NCBI GenBank assembly: GCA_018716795.1
Contig: DVJK01000036.1
Location: 1 to 30,830, forward strand
Direction: 5' to 3'
DNA length: 30,830 nucleotides
DNA from: Candidatus Scatomorpha merdipullorum
GTDB taxonomy: Bacteria; Bacillota; Clostridia; Oscillospirales; Oscillospiraceae
Part shown: positions 20,501 through 29,073 of the stretch, in pieces
How positions within the stretch are numbered: position 1 is the stretch's first letter
How the letters are laid out: the number at the start of each line of letters is the position of its first letter
Made by a program: the position numbers and the translations under genes
The notes under the pieces: model-generated
The model's database searches: none
Seen by the model: only the letters and a program-made list of their open reading frames with translations
Told to the model about the DNA's origin: nothing

Positions 20501-20533
20501 AAAAAACTGAGGGCGCCGCGAAAGCGGCGCCCT
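20501..20533 (-). terminator. Intrinsic terminator after the ABC exporter
   Basis: 10-bp stem AGGGCGCCGC / GCGGCGCCCT with tetraloop, followed by CAGTTTTTT on the minus strand. Confidence 0.8.
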
Positions 20534-20538
20534 TGCGC

Positions 20539-23493
20539 TTATTCGGTTCTCAGGGCCTCGACGGGGTCTCGCTTGGCGGCGAAGCGGGAGGGGATGAGGC
20601 CGGCGATGAAGGTCAGGAACATGCTTATCACAATAAGCAGCGCGCCGCCGAGGGCCGGCAGTATGGCCCGCAGGCTCTCTATACCGGTCAGGTGCCGGAC
20701 AATCATGTTTATCGGTATGTTCAGCAGCAGCGTCATGCCTATGCCTATCAGGCCGGCCGCCAGGCCCTCTATAAGCGTCTCGGCGTTGAAGACATTGGAG
20801 ACGTCGCGCTTGCTCGCGCCTATGGCGCGGAGGATGCCTATCTCCTTCGTGCGCTCGAGGACGGAGATATAGGTGATGATGCCTATCATGATGCTCGACA
20901 CCACCAGCGAGATGGCCACAAAGGCTATGAGCACGTAGCTTATCGCGTTGATGATAGTGGAGATGCTGCTCATGAGGATGGCGACATAGTCGGTGTAGCT
21001 TATCTGCCGCTCCTCGTCGGCGGAGGCGTTGTACTCGTCTATTATCCGCGCAATCTCGTCCTTGTCCGCGAAGCTGACGGCGTAGAGGTTGATGGCGTCC
21101 GGGCTCTCGAGGTCGACGTAGCCCAGGAGCTCGAGGTTCTCCTCATAGCTGCCCTCGGACCAGCGCGCCGGCATGAGCTCGTTGTAGATATACTCATACT
21201 GCCAGTCCGTGAGCTCGCTCATCTCCAGGGCCATGGCCAGCTGCTTCTCGCTCATGGCCGCGAGCTCGCCGCGCACGGCCTCGGAGTACTGCTCGGAGAT
21301 GGCCTCGCGTATCATCTCGCGGACATAGCCCATGAGCGTCTCGTCGTCCATGCCGTTTATATAGTCCTGCACGCTTGCGGCGTCGACGCCCATCTCCTCG
21401 GCGTAGCCCTCGGTCATCATCTCCTCGATGTCCTCGCGGCTGAGGCCGGAGACGGCGGCGTCCGCGGCGGCGTCGAGGTAGTCGTCGCTCGGCGCGGCGG
21501 TGATTTCAACGAAGAGCGCGGCGGAGTCGGCCTCGTTGAGGGAGGCGACGTAGCCGTCGACCTCCTCCCTTATCTCCTCGGCCGTGGGCTCCGGCTCGTC
21601 GCCGGTGAGGAAGGGCAGGCCGGTCATGACGTCGTAGTCGGGGTTCGCCATCTGGTCGACAATCACGTCGCTGTCCGCGGCGTCCTCTATGACATAGTCG
21701 GTGAGGGCGGAGGTGTATCCTATCGCGCCGGACTGCATCATGCCCGCGACGGCGTCCGGGTTCTGGCGGACGATGCCGGAGATTTTAAGCGTGACGCCTA
21801 CGTCCTCGTTTTCAAAGAGGTAGTCGAGGCCGGCCTCGCTGCCGGAGACGTCGGTGTACGTGCCGGTCTCGGCGTCGTAGACATATTTGTCGTAATAGCC
21901 GACGAGCTTGAAGCTGCGGCCGCAGATGTCCTCATAGCTCCAGCTCTCGACGGACATGTCCGCCGCCTCGCCGTCCAGATAGCCCTCGAGGGAGCTTGTC
22001 AGCTCCTCCTCGCTGCGCAGGCCCAGGGTGTACAGCACGAGGTCGCTGACCTCGTTGTTCTGGTCGACTATCAGCACGACCTCGTCGTAATTCTGCGGCC
22101 AGGAGCCGTATATCACGTCGTACTGGCTCGTGAGCGTGCTGTTTATAAGCTCGCCGTTGTCGCCGGGGAGCATCTCCGTCCAGGTCTCGAAGCCGGTGAA
22201 GAAGCTGCCCATGTCGGAGTTGAAGTAGCTCGAGAAGTCGCCGCCGTAGATGCCGCTCATGAGCTCGTTGAGAAGCGAGACGACGTCGCTTTTGACAACG
22301 GCCCCGTCGGTGTCCTTCGTGTATATGTCGAAGTTGGAGTTGTAGACGTACTGTATGGCGCTGGTGTAGTCCCTTATGCCGCCGCCGTTTTTGTCCAGGA
22401 ACTTCTTGAAGCTCTCGAGGTCGTTCGTCTCCGTGTCCATGTTGGTGAGGTTATCCATGAGGTCGTACATTATGACGTTGGAGTAGACCTTGTCGAGCCC
22501 GTGCTCCTCCTGGCCCTCGCCCGCGCCGGCCATGGCCTGCATGAGGCTCGAGAGGTCGGCGGCCTCGGCCTCTATGGTCAGGGGATAGGTGGAGAGCGTG
22601 TCCTCCTGCACCTGGTCTATGTAGGCCTGGATGCCGTTGGAGAGGGAGAGGATAAGCGCGATGCCGATTATGCCTATGCTGCCGGCGAAGGCCGTGAGTA
22701 TCGTGCGGCCCTTCTTGGTCTTGAGGTTGTTGAAGGAGAGGCTCAGGGCCGTGGCGAAGGACATGCTGGGCTTCTTCTTCCCCGCGTCCTCGCGCGGCGG
22801 CTCGGCGTCCTCGGGGTTGAAGGGCATGCTGTCGCCGGTTATCTCGCCGTCGAGCAGCTTGACGATGCGCGTGGAGTACCGGTCGGCGAGCTCGGGGTTG
22901 TGCGTCACCATGATGACCAGCTTGTCCTTCGCAATCTCCTTGAGGAGCTCCATTATCTGCACGCTCGTCTCGCTGTCCAGCGCGCCGGTGGGCTCGTCCG
23001 CGAGGAGGATGTCGGGGTCGTTTATGAGCGCGCGGGCAATCGCGACGCGCTGCATCTGGCCGCCGGACATCTGGTTGGGCTTCTTGCTGAGCTGGTCGCC
23101 GAGGCCGACGCGCTCGAGGACCTTTATCGCGCGCTCGCGGCGCTCGGCCTTGTCGACGCCGGAGATGGTCAGCGCGAGCTCGACGTTCGCGAGCACGCTC
23201 TGGTGCGGGATGAGGTTGTAGGTCTGGAAGACGAAGCCTATCGTGTGGTTGCGGTAGGTGTCCCAGTCGCGGTCCTTATACTCCTTGGTAGAGCGGCCGT
23301 TTATGACGAGGTCGCCCTCGGTGTACTGGTCGAGGCCGCCGATTATGTTCAGAAGCGTCGTCTTGCCGCAGCCCGAGGGGCCGAGGATGGAGACGAACTC
23401 GCTTTCACGGAAGCTGATGCTCACGCCCCGCAGCGCGTGTACGGTCATGTCGCCCGCCGCATAGTCCTTGCGGATGTCCTTTAATGTCAGCAA
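20539..23493 (-). CDS. Fused ABC transporter ATP-binding/permease (MacB/FtsX-like), ~984 aa
   Basis: GPSGCGKTT, GFVFQ, MSGGQMQRVAIARAL, ILLADEPTGALD, VIMVTH; TM1 ILTAFAGSIGIIGIALIL; large acidic extracytoplasmic domain; ERTKEIGILRAIGA FtsX domain. TTG start at 23493 behind GGAAAGGA. Confidence 0.93.
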   Translation of the reverse strand: MLTLKDIRKDYAAGDMTVHALRGVSISFRESEFVSILGPSGCGKTTLLNIIGGLDQYTEGDLVINGRSTKEYKDRDWDTYRNHTIGFVFQTYNLIPHQSVLANVELALTISGVDKAERRERAIKVLERVGLGDQLSKKPNQMSGGQMQRVAIARALINDPDILLADEPTGALDSETSVQIMELLKEIAKDKLVIMVTHNPELADRYSTRIVKLLDGEITGDSMPFNPEDAEPPREDAGKKKPSMSFATALSLSFNNLKTKKGRTILTAFAGSIGIIGIALILSLSNGIQAYIDQVQEDTLSTYPLTIEAEAADLSSLMQAMAGAGEGQEEHGLDKVYSNVIMYDLMDNLTNMDTETNDLESFKKFLDKNGGGIRDYTSAIQYVYNSNFDIYTKDTDGAVVKSDVVSLLNELMSGIYGGDFSSYFNSDMGSFFTGFETWTEMLPGDNGELINSTLTSQYDVIYGSWPQNYDEVVLIVDQNNEVSDLVLYTLGLRSEEELTSSLEGYLDGEAADMSVESWSYEDICGRSFKLVGYYDKYVYDAETGTYTDVSGSEAGLDYLFENEDVGVTLKISGIVRQNPDAVAGMMQSGAIGYTSALTDYVIEDAADSDVIVDQMANPDYDVMTGLPFLTGDEPEPTAEEIREEVDGYVASLNEADSAALFVEITAAPSDDYLDAAADAAVSGLSREDIEEMMTEGYAEEMGVDAASVQDYINGMDDETLMGYVREMIREAISEQYSEAVRGELAAMSEKQLAMALEMSELTDWQYEYIYNELMPARWSEGSYEENLELLGYVDLESPDAINLYAVSFADKDEIARIIDEYNASADEERQISYTDYVAILMSSISTIINAISYVLIAFVAISLVVSSIMIGIITYISVLERTKEIGILRAIGASKRDVSNVFNAETLIEGLAAGLIGIGMTLLLNIPINMIVRHLTGIESLRAILPALGGALLIVISMFLTFIAGLIPSRFAAKRDPVEALRTE

Positions 23494-23538
23494 GAGAACC
23501 TGTCCTTTCCAAGCCGGTGAATAATTTCGCAAACGCTC

Positions 23539-23567
23539 ATTATACAAGCAAATTGTGAACAATTCAA
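23539..23567 (-). promoter_or_regulatory. sigma-A promoter for the ABC exporter
   Basis: TTGAAT-N17-TATAAT on the minus strand. Confidence 0.65.
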
Positions 23568-23682
23568 CGCCGCGGCGCAAAAATCCCCGGTCAACAGGGA
23601 GTCAACCGGGGAATTTTCGTTCAGTTCGAGACGGGACGGCGCTTGCCGGCGGCACGATGCGCACCTCGCCCCTACTTTTTAT

Positions 23683-24390
23683 TTAAAGCTCGCACTCGAA
23701 GACGGGATTGTCCTTATCCACCATGCCGACGGCGGTCTTCGCGCCGAAGACGCGCTCGATAAGCTCGCTGAGCTCCCTGCGCGCCTCGAGCACGCGCTCG
23801 TAGTTGAAGCTCCGAAAGCCGTCTATCGGGAAGAGCAGGTCGGTCGTGGCCTCGGTTATCTTGCCAATCTCACTCTGCCGCCAGGTCCAGCGGCGGGTGC
23901 GCACCTGCCCGTCGGAGACGTAGACGACCTCGTTTTCGTCCGGCGTCTCAACCTCGCCGCCGCCGAAGGGGATGAAGGTGTCGCCGGGCCTCGCGTGGCG
24001 CACCTCGAGCGCGCGCGTCACCGTGCCCATGTCGTGCGCGCCTATCGGCAGGCGCGTGCGCAGGCTGACGGCGTTGCCGAGGTCGACAATCGGGCTTATC
24101 TCCGGGAAGCCCTTGCCCTTGGCTATGCGCGTGAGCAGGGCCTCTATCGAGCACATGAACTTGTTGGGGTTGATGCCCAGGGCCCGGAAGGCCTCGCGGT
24201 AGGGGATTATCTCCGGCGACTCCTTGACCTTCGCCCCGCCCAGCGCGGCCTCGCACTCGGCAATCGCCTGATGCAGCAGCTCGCCGACCTCGGGATAGGC
24301 GCGCGAATTGTCGACTCCGCGCACCGCGACAACGCCGAAGCAGGCGTCGGGGAGAAGCTCAAATACGTCGGGGGATACTTCGAATCTCAT
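23683..24390 (-). CDS. Stand-alone B3/4 domain protein (PheRS-beta editing-domain homolog), 235 aa
   Basis: YREAFRALGINPNKFMCSIEALL, ISPIVDLGNAVSL, PIGAHD, EVVYVSD..TRRWTWRQ are characteristic of free-standing B3/4 proteins. AAAGGAG RBS. Confidence 0.88.
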   Translation of the reverse strand: MRFEVSPDVFELLPDACFGVVAVRGVDNSRAYPEVGELLHQAIAECEAALGGAKVKESPEIIPYREAFRALGINPNKFMCSIEALLTRIAKGKGFPEISPIVDLGNAVSLRTRLPIGAHDMGTVTRALEVRHARPGDTFIPFGGGEVETPDENEVVYVSDGQVRTRRWTWRQSEIGKITEATTDLLFPIDGFRSFNYERVLEARRELSELIERVFGAKTAVGMVDKDNPVFECEL

Positions 24391-24451
24391 TGTTTATCGC
24401 TCCTTTAAATTGATAAAGTTATTATATAAAATAGTTCTTTTTTTAAACCGT

Positions 24452-24858
24452 TTCCCGGGGCGCTTTCTTTTGCTTGCGCCAAAAGAAAGCGTCCCGGACC
24501 CCGAAAGGAAAAGCGCTTTGCAGCTTGTCCGGTCGCGCGCAGCGCCGGTCGGAGGGAGTCTTGACCGCTTCGCGGTCAACTGCCTGAGCAAAGCTCAGGC
24601 AGAACTCCCCCAGTCAGCTTCGCTGATAGCCCCCTCCAAGAGGGGGCTGAAGGCCAGCCAAATCTTCAACCCGGCAGCGGCCAATCGCGGTCGGCGATGC
24701 AGTAAACGTTTACAACTTAGGCATGAAAACCTCGGTGTAGCGCCCGCTCAGTTACAACGAAAGCGCTGCGCGTCGTAAAGACAAGCGCCAACGCGCTTTT
24801 CCTTTCGGGGGTCCGGGGACGCTTTCTTTTGTCGCCACAAAAGAAAGCGCCTCCGGAA
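24452..24858. mobile_element. MITE-like non-autonomous element, ~407 bp, with ~65-bp imperfect terminal inverted repeats
   Basis: Left 24452-24516 TTCCCGGGGCGCTTTCTTTTGCTTGCGCCAAAAGAAAGCGTCCCGGACCCCGAAAGGAAAAGCGC. The reverse complement of 24793-24858 is TTCCGGAGGCGCTTTCTTTTGTGGCGACAAAAGAAAGCGTCCCCGGACCCCCGAAAGGAAAAGCGC. AT-rich flanks, no internal ORF. Confidence 0.65.
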
Positions 24859-24891
24859 AAAATTTAAATATGTTAAAAAATACGCTCAAGC

Positions 24892-26775
24892 TCACGAACA
24901 GGTAAACAAAATAACCTGCCTTTTCTCGCCTATCTCCTCCAGGAGCGCGAGCACGCGCTCGCGCCTGGCGGGATCGAGATAGGCCAGCGCGTCGTCGAGG
25001 ATTATCGGGCAGGGCTCGTCTCCGGGCAGGACGAGCTCGGCGATGGCGAGGCGCACGGCGAGGTACATGAGGTCGGCCGCGCCCGCGCTCAGGTAGAGGC
25101 TGCCGCGCGCCACCGTGTCGCCCGCGCGCTTGACGAGGACGGAGAAGTCGCGCGAGACGGCCAGCTCGTCATAGCGCCCGCCGGTGAGGCGGGAGAAGAG
25201 CTCCGCGGCGCGGCGGCCCAGGGCGGGCGAGAAGCGGCTTTGCAGCTCGGCCCCGGCCCTCTCGAGCGTGTTGACGGCGAGCTCAATCGCGTCGTACTGC
25301 CGCGTGAGCTCCTCGAGGCGCTCCTGCCGCTCGCGTATGCCGCTGCCGACGGCGACGGGGTCGCCCAGCGCGCCTATCGCGCCGGAGAGCTCGGCCGTGC
25401 GGGCCGTCAGGCTCTCGCGCCGGGCGTTCATGCTGGCGAGTTCCCACTCGAGCCGCCGGAGCGCGTCGCTCTCCTGCGCGCCGGTGAGGCGGCCCTCGTC
25501 GGCCCGGCGGGCGCTGCGCGCCGCTTCAAGCTCGCGCCGGGCCCGTTCGAGGGCGGCGGCGGCCTCGTCCGCGGCAGCGCGGCGCCGGGCGTAGCCGGCG
25601 GCCAGCTCCCGCAGCTCGTCGGGGGAGGCGACGCCGTAGCCTGAAAGGAGCTTCTTGTACTCCTCTATCGCGGCGGACGCGGCCTTTTTCGCGCCGGAGT
25701 ATTTGCCGTACTGCCAGGCGGCGAGAGCCGCAAACACGGCCGTGCCGATGAGCTCAAACGGGCTCACGGCTATGGCGAGCACGGCGAAGAGTACCGCAAG
25801 CGCGGCGCAGACGCCCGTCCAAAGCGGGCTGGGCCTGACCTCGCCGGCGCTTTTGAGCTTCCCGGCGCGCTCACACTCGCGCTCGGCCAGCTGCGCGGCC
25901 CCGGCGGCGTCCATGCCGTCGAATACGCCGCCCCTGGCCTCGGCCTCCCGCGCGGCGGCTTCCTTTACGGCCTTCGAATATTCCAGCTCCAGCTCGTTCA
26001 CCCTCTCGCCGGAGCGATTGAAGCTCTCGCGCGCGGCGCTGCGCTCGCCCTCCCGGGCGGCTTGGAGCCTTTCGGCGAGCTCCGCCGCGCTTTTTGAGCA
26101 GCTTTCGAGCTCGGCGCGGCTGCGTTCCCGCTCGGCCACCGTGTCCTGCACGCGGCGCAGGGCGTCCTCGCCCCGGGCGATCTCCCGCTCGAGCTCGGGG
26201 ATGGCCCCGCGCTTATTCCAGCGCCGCTTTCTCAGCCAGGCGCGCAGCCGCTCCGCCGCCTCGCCGGCGGAGACCTCCTCCTCGCCGGAGGAGACGACGC
26301 CGGCTATCCTCCGCTCGAGCTCGGCGGAGCCGGTGACCGCCGCCGCGCCCTGGCCTATGAAGGCGCTCGAGCAGAAGACCTCCCGGCTCGCGCCGGTGAG
26401 GTATTCGCCAACGTTGCTCCCGTCGAGGCCGGGCACGGCGTCCGCGGAGCCGGCGTAGGTCGCGGAGAAGACGCGCATTGGCGCGTTTGCGGCCTTGGTG
26501 GAGCGGGCGAGGGTTATCTCGCGCCCGCCGTGGCTTATCTCCATCGTGCCGGACATGGGCGAGCCGGTCCAGGGCGCGAAGCGGGTCTTGTCGGGCAGGG
26601 AGCCCTTTTTGGCGCGCTCGGCGCTGTCGATGCCGTAGAGCATGGCGCGGATGAAGGCGCACCAGGTGCTCTTGCCGCTCTCGTTGGGCGCGTTTATGAC
26701 GTTGAGGCCCTCGTGCAGCTCGAGCGTGTCGCCCTCCAGGCAGCCGAAGCGGGCCGTCAGCTTATGTATTACCAC
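24892..26775 (-). CDS. YhaN/SbcE-like SMC/Rad50-type ATPase, 627 aa, central TM segment, GTG start
   Basis: N-terminal APNESGKST Walker A, long coiled coil, C-terminal LSAGAADLMYLAVRL signature and IILDDAL Walker B/D-loop, VILFTC end. Confidence 0.87.
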   Translation of the reverse strand: MVIHKLTARFGCLEGDTLELHEGLNVINAPNESGKSTWCAFIRAMLYGIDSAERAKKGSLPDKTRFAPWTGSPMSGTMEISHGGREITLARSTKAANAPMRVFSATYAGSADAVPGLDGSNVGEYLTGASREVFCSSAFIGQGAAAVTGSAELERRIAGVVSSGEEEVSAGEAAERLRAWLRKRRWNKRGAIPELEREIARGEDALRRVQDTVAERERSRAELESCSKSAAELAERLQAAREGERSAARESFNRSGERVNELELEYSKAVKEAAAREAEARGGVFDGMDAAGAAQLAERECERAGKLKSAGEVRPSPLWTGVCAALAVLFAVLAIAVSPFELIGTAVFAALAAWQYGKYSGAKKAASAAIEEYKKLLSGYGVASPDELRELAAGYARRRAAADEAAAALERARRELEAARSARRADEGRLTGAQESDALRRLEWELASMNARRESLTARTAELSGAIGALGDPVAVGSGIRERQERLEELTRQYDAIELAVNTLERAGAELQSRFSPALGRRAAELFSRLTGGRYDELAVSRDFSVLVKRAGDTVARGSLYLSAGAADLMYLAVRLAIAELVLPGDEPCPIILDDALAYLDPARRERVLALLEEIGEKRQVILFTCS

Positions 26776-27857
26776 AGCGGTTCGGCCTCCTCTCTGCCGT
26801 CGAGCGCGGCGAGGCCCCAGCGGGCCGCGCGGGTTATCTCCTCGCGCTCGGCCTCCGTGCGCGCGCCGTCGTACTTTTCGCGCAGCATGCGCAGAAACAC
26901 CCCGCGCAGGCTGTCCTCGCCCGCGCGCTCCCAGACGTCGCGGCGAAGGCGCGTCTCGTCCCTGAGCCGCAGCGCGAAGACCCGCGGCTCAAGCGCGCGC
27001 CGGAGCGCGGCGAGGTCCGGCTCATGCTCGGTCTCGCCGGTGACGCATATCTCGTATATGTTCCGCTCCGCGCCCTCGGGCAGGCGGAAGGACCCGAGCG
27101 CGTCCGCGGGCACGCTGAGCCTTTCGTACCTGCGCGCCGCCGTGGGGATGAAGCGGGCCTTGACCGAGCCCGGCTCCACGTCGGCGACGATGATGCCCTT
27201 TTCCCCGCACTCGTCGAAGCCGCGCCCCTCGGGGCAGCCGGGCCAGGCGTAGTACGTGCTTCCGGCCTTCCTGAGCCCGGAGAAGCCGTGGTTGTGCCCC
27301 AGCGCGAGATAGTCGGCGCTGGTCGCGGCAATCTCCGCCTCTGTCATGGGATTATAGCGCGAGGCGGCGGCGCCGACCTCGCCGTGAAGGCAGACCAGCT
27401 CCGTGAAGCCGTCCTGCCTCGGGATGCGCAGCTCGGCGAGCTTGCCCTCGCAGTAGTTGTCCGTGAAGGCCGCGCCCCAGACGCGCACGCCCATGTCGTT
27501 GAGGACCTCGCAGTCGAAGTCCGGCGAGGTGAAGACGCGGACGTTGTCCGGAAGGCTCAGCCGCTCCCAGCGGCCTCCGGCGCGGTAGTAGTCGTGGTTG
27601 CCGGGCGCAATGAAGACGGGGACGGCCATCTCCGCAAGCGTGAGGCGCAGGAATTCGCCCGTCTCCGCCCAGACGGCGTCGCTGTCGAAGAGGTCGCCGG
27701 AGAGGAGCACAAGGTCCGCGCCCTGCTCGGCGCGCAGCCCGGCGAGGGAGCGCAGCAGCTCGCGCTGCTCGGCGCGGCGGAGCACGGCCTTCTCCTCGCT
27801 CAGGGCGTCGAAGGGCGAATCGAGGTGCAGATCCGCCGCGTGGAGGACGCGTATCAT
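26769..27857 (-). CDS. YhaO/SbcD/Mre11-like metallophosphoesterase (DNA repair exonuclease), 362 aa
   Basis: LHAADLHLD, LLSGDLFD, APGNHD, CLHG and YLALGHNH motifs; YPG-like WPGCPEGRGFDECG. Confidence 0.9.
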   Translation of the reverse strand: MIRVLHAADLHLDSPFDALSEEKAVLRRAEQRELLRSLAGLRAEQGADLVLLSGDLFDSDAVWAETGEFLRLTLAEMAVPVFIAPGNHDYYRAGGRWERLSLPDNVRVFTSPDFDCEVLNDMGVRVWGAAFTDNYCEGKLAELRIPRQDGFTELVCLHGEVGAAASRYNPMTEAEIAATSADYLALGHNHGFSGLRKAGSTYYAWPGCPEGRGFDECGEKGIIVADVEPGSVKARFIPTAARRYERLSVPADALGSFRLPEGAERNIYEICVTGETEHEPDLAALRRALEPRVFALRLRDETRLRRDVWERAGEDSLRGVFLRMLREKYDGARTEAEREEITRAARWGLAALDGREEAEPLW

Positions 27858-28627
27858 CTGTATCTCACCGCCCGCGCCTCGAGGCAGCGGCCGCTGGCCT
27901 CGTCAATCGTGAAGAGCGCGCCCTCGAGCTTCGCCGGGCCGGAGGCGCACTCATAGCGCCGCGGCACGTCGCCGAGGAACTTGCCTATGCTCTGCTCCGG
28001 CTTTATGCCTATGCAGCTCTCCGCCGGGCCGGTCATGCCGAGGTCGGTGATGAAGCCGGTGCCCTCGGGCAGGACGCGCGCGTCGGAGGTCTGCACGTGC
28101 GTGTGCGTGCCCCAGACCGCGCTCACTCGCCCGTCGAGGTAGTAGCCCATCGCGGCCTTCTCGCTCGTCGCCTCGGCGTGGAAGTCGACGAGGACTATGC
28201 CGCGCGGGGCCTCCTCCAGCAGGGCGTCGGCGGTGAGGAAGGGATTGTCCGTATTGGGGTCGAGCGTGAAGCGGCCTATCAGGTTTATGACCGTCACCGG
28301 GCCGGCGGGGCTGTCGAAGCTCGCCATGCCGCGGCCCGGGCACTGAGGGGCGAAGTTCGCCGGGCGCAGCACCCGCGGCTCCTCGTCCAGATAGGGCTGG
28401 AGCTCCCAGCGCGTCCAGGTGTGGTTGCCGAGCGTCACGCAGTCCGCGCCCGCGCTCAGCAGGCCGTCCACCTGCCGCGGCGTCACGCCCACGACGTTCG
28501 CGTTTTCGCCGTTGACGCAGACGAAGTCCGCGTTCAGCTCGCGCCTTATGGCGCGCAGCTGCCGTCTCACATATTCAAGCCCCGGCGAGCCGACCGTGTC
28601 GCCCACCGCGAGAACCCTGTATGCCAT
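27854..28627 (-). CDS. ymdB: YmdB family metallophosphoesterase (2',3'-cyclic-nucleotide phosphodiesterase), 257 aa
   Basis: VGDTVG, VNGENA, TLGNHTW, LRPAN, VDFHAEATSEK, WGTHTHVQT, ITDLGMTGP. ATGA overlap with the next gene. Confidence 0.93.
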   Translation of the reverse strand: MAYRVLAVGDTVGSPGLEYVRRQLRAIRRELNADFVCVNGENANVVGVTPRQVDGLLSAGADCVTLGNHTWTRWELQPYLDEEPRVLRPANFAPQCPGRGMASFDSPAGPVTVINLIGRFTLDPNTDNPFLTADALLEEAPRGIVLVDFHAEATSEKAAMGYYLDGRVSAVWGTHTHVQTSDARVLPEGTGFITDLGMTGPAESCIGIKPEQSIGKFLGDVPRRYECASGPAKLEGALFTIDEASGRCLEARAVRYR

Positions 28628-28668
28628 GAAAGTCTTCCTTTCCTGCGATTAAAGCGTTTCAATTGTAT

Positions 28669-28697
28669 AGTATAGCACATATTACCGGCGAGGGCAA
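28669..28697 (-). promoter_or_regulatory. Extended -10 sigma-A promoter of the ymdB operon
   Basis: TTGCCC-N17-TATACT with TG upstream. Confidence 0.65.
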
Positions 28698-28758
28698 ATT
28701 ATAAACCGGCCTTTTTTGCGCACAATGAAAACGCAAACATTTCAGGAGGTGCGTACAC

Positions 28759-28929
28759 ATGAGTCTAGACAGCAAGAGCTTCCTCAAGGGCGTCGGCATG
28801 GGCATGGCCATAGGCGCGTCCATGGGCATGCTGATGGCCCCTGCGAAGAAAAAGGGCGACAACGTGATAGGCAAGGCCCTGAAGGCCGCCGGGGAGCTGG
28901 CCGACAACATCTCGGACGCGCTGAGATAA
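28759..28929 (+). CDS. Small protein, 56 aa, YtxH-like (Gly-rich hydrophobic N-terminus), absent from the ORF track
   Basis: AGGAGGT RBS 8 nt before ATG. Translation MSLDSKSFLKGVGMGMAIGASMGMLMAPAKKKGDNVIGKALKAAGELADNISDALR; GC3-rich codons; 12-bp hairpin right after the stop. Confidence 0.82.
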   Translation: MSLDSKSFLKGVGMGMAIGASMGMLMAPAKKKGDNVIGKALKAAGELADNISDALR

Positions 28930-28947
28930 GCGGCCCGGACGCGAAAC

Positions 28948-28976
28948 GAGGCGCCGGCCCGCCCGGCCGGCGCCTC
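28948..28976 (+). terminator. Hairpin after the small gene, possible terminator
   Basis: GAGGCGCCGGCC-cgccc-GGCCGGCGCCTC; no clear T-tract. Confidence 0.45.
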
Positions 28977-29073
28977 CCCTCGCGTGACGTCCAAGCCGGG
29001 CAGCAGATTCCCGCCTTGCAATTTTCATCCCGCTGTGATAAAGTCATTACGTTTGAAAAAAGGGGTGAAATGC

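Noticed and set aside
20317-20502. 61-aa ORF whose N-terminus (MKKPRLS) resembles KtrB (MKKPRQL)
   Set aside because: TTG start inside the terminator T-tract, no RBS, and no similarity beyond five residues; probably chance.
23552-23568. Rex box at the ABC exporter promoter (TTGTGAA-CAA-TTCAAC)
   Set aside because: Half-site spacing is 3 nt instead of 4 and the second half-site is poor.
24892-27857. Lamassu/Wadjet-type SMC anti-phage or anti-plasmid system
   Set aside because: Nuclease plus SMC-like ATPase matches the housekeeping YhaO/YhaN (SbcD/SbcC-like) pair; no kleisin, LmuC or defence-island context.
28980-29073. Fluoride (crcB) riboswitch upstream of the CLC gene
   Set aside because: The GGCGATGG..TTCGCC..GCTGATGACTCCT pattern is absent.
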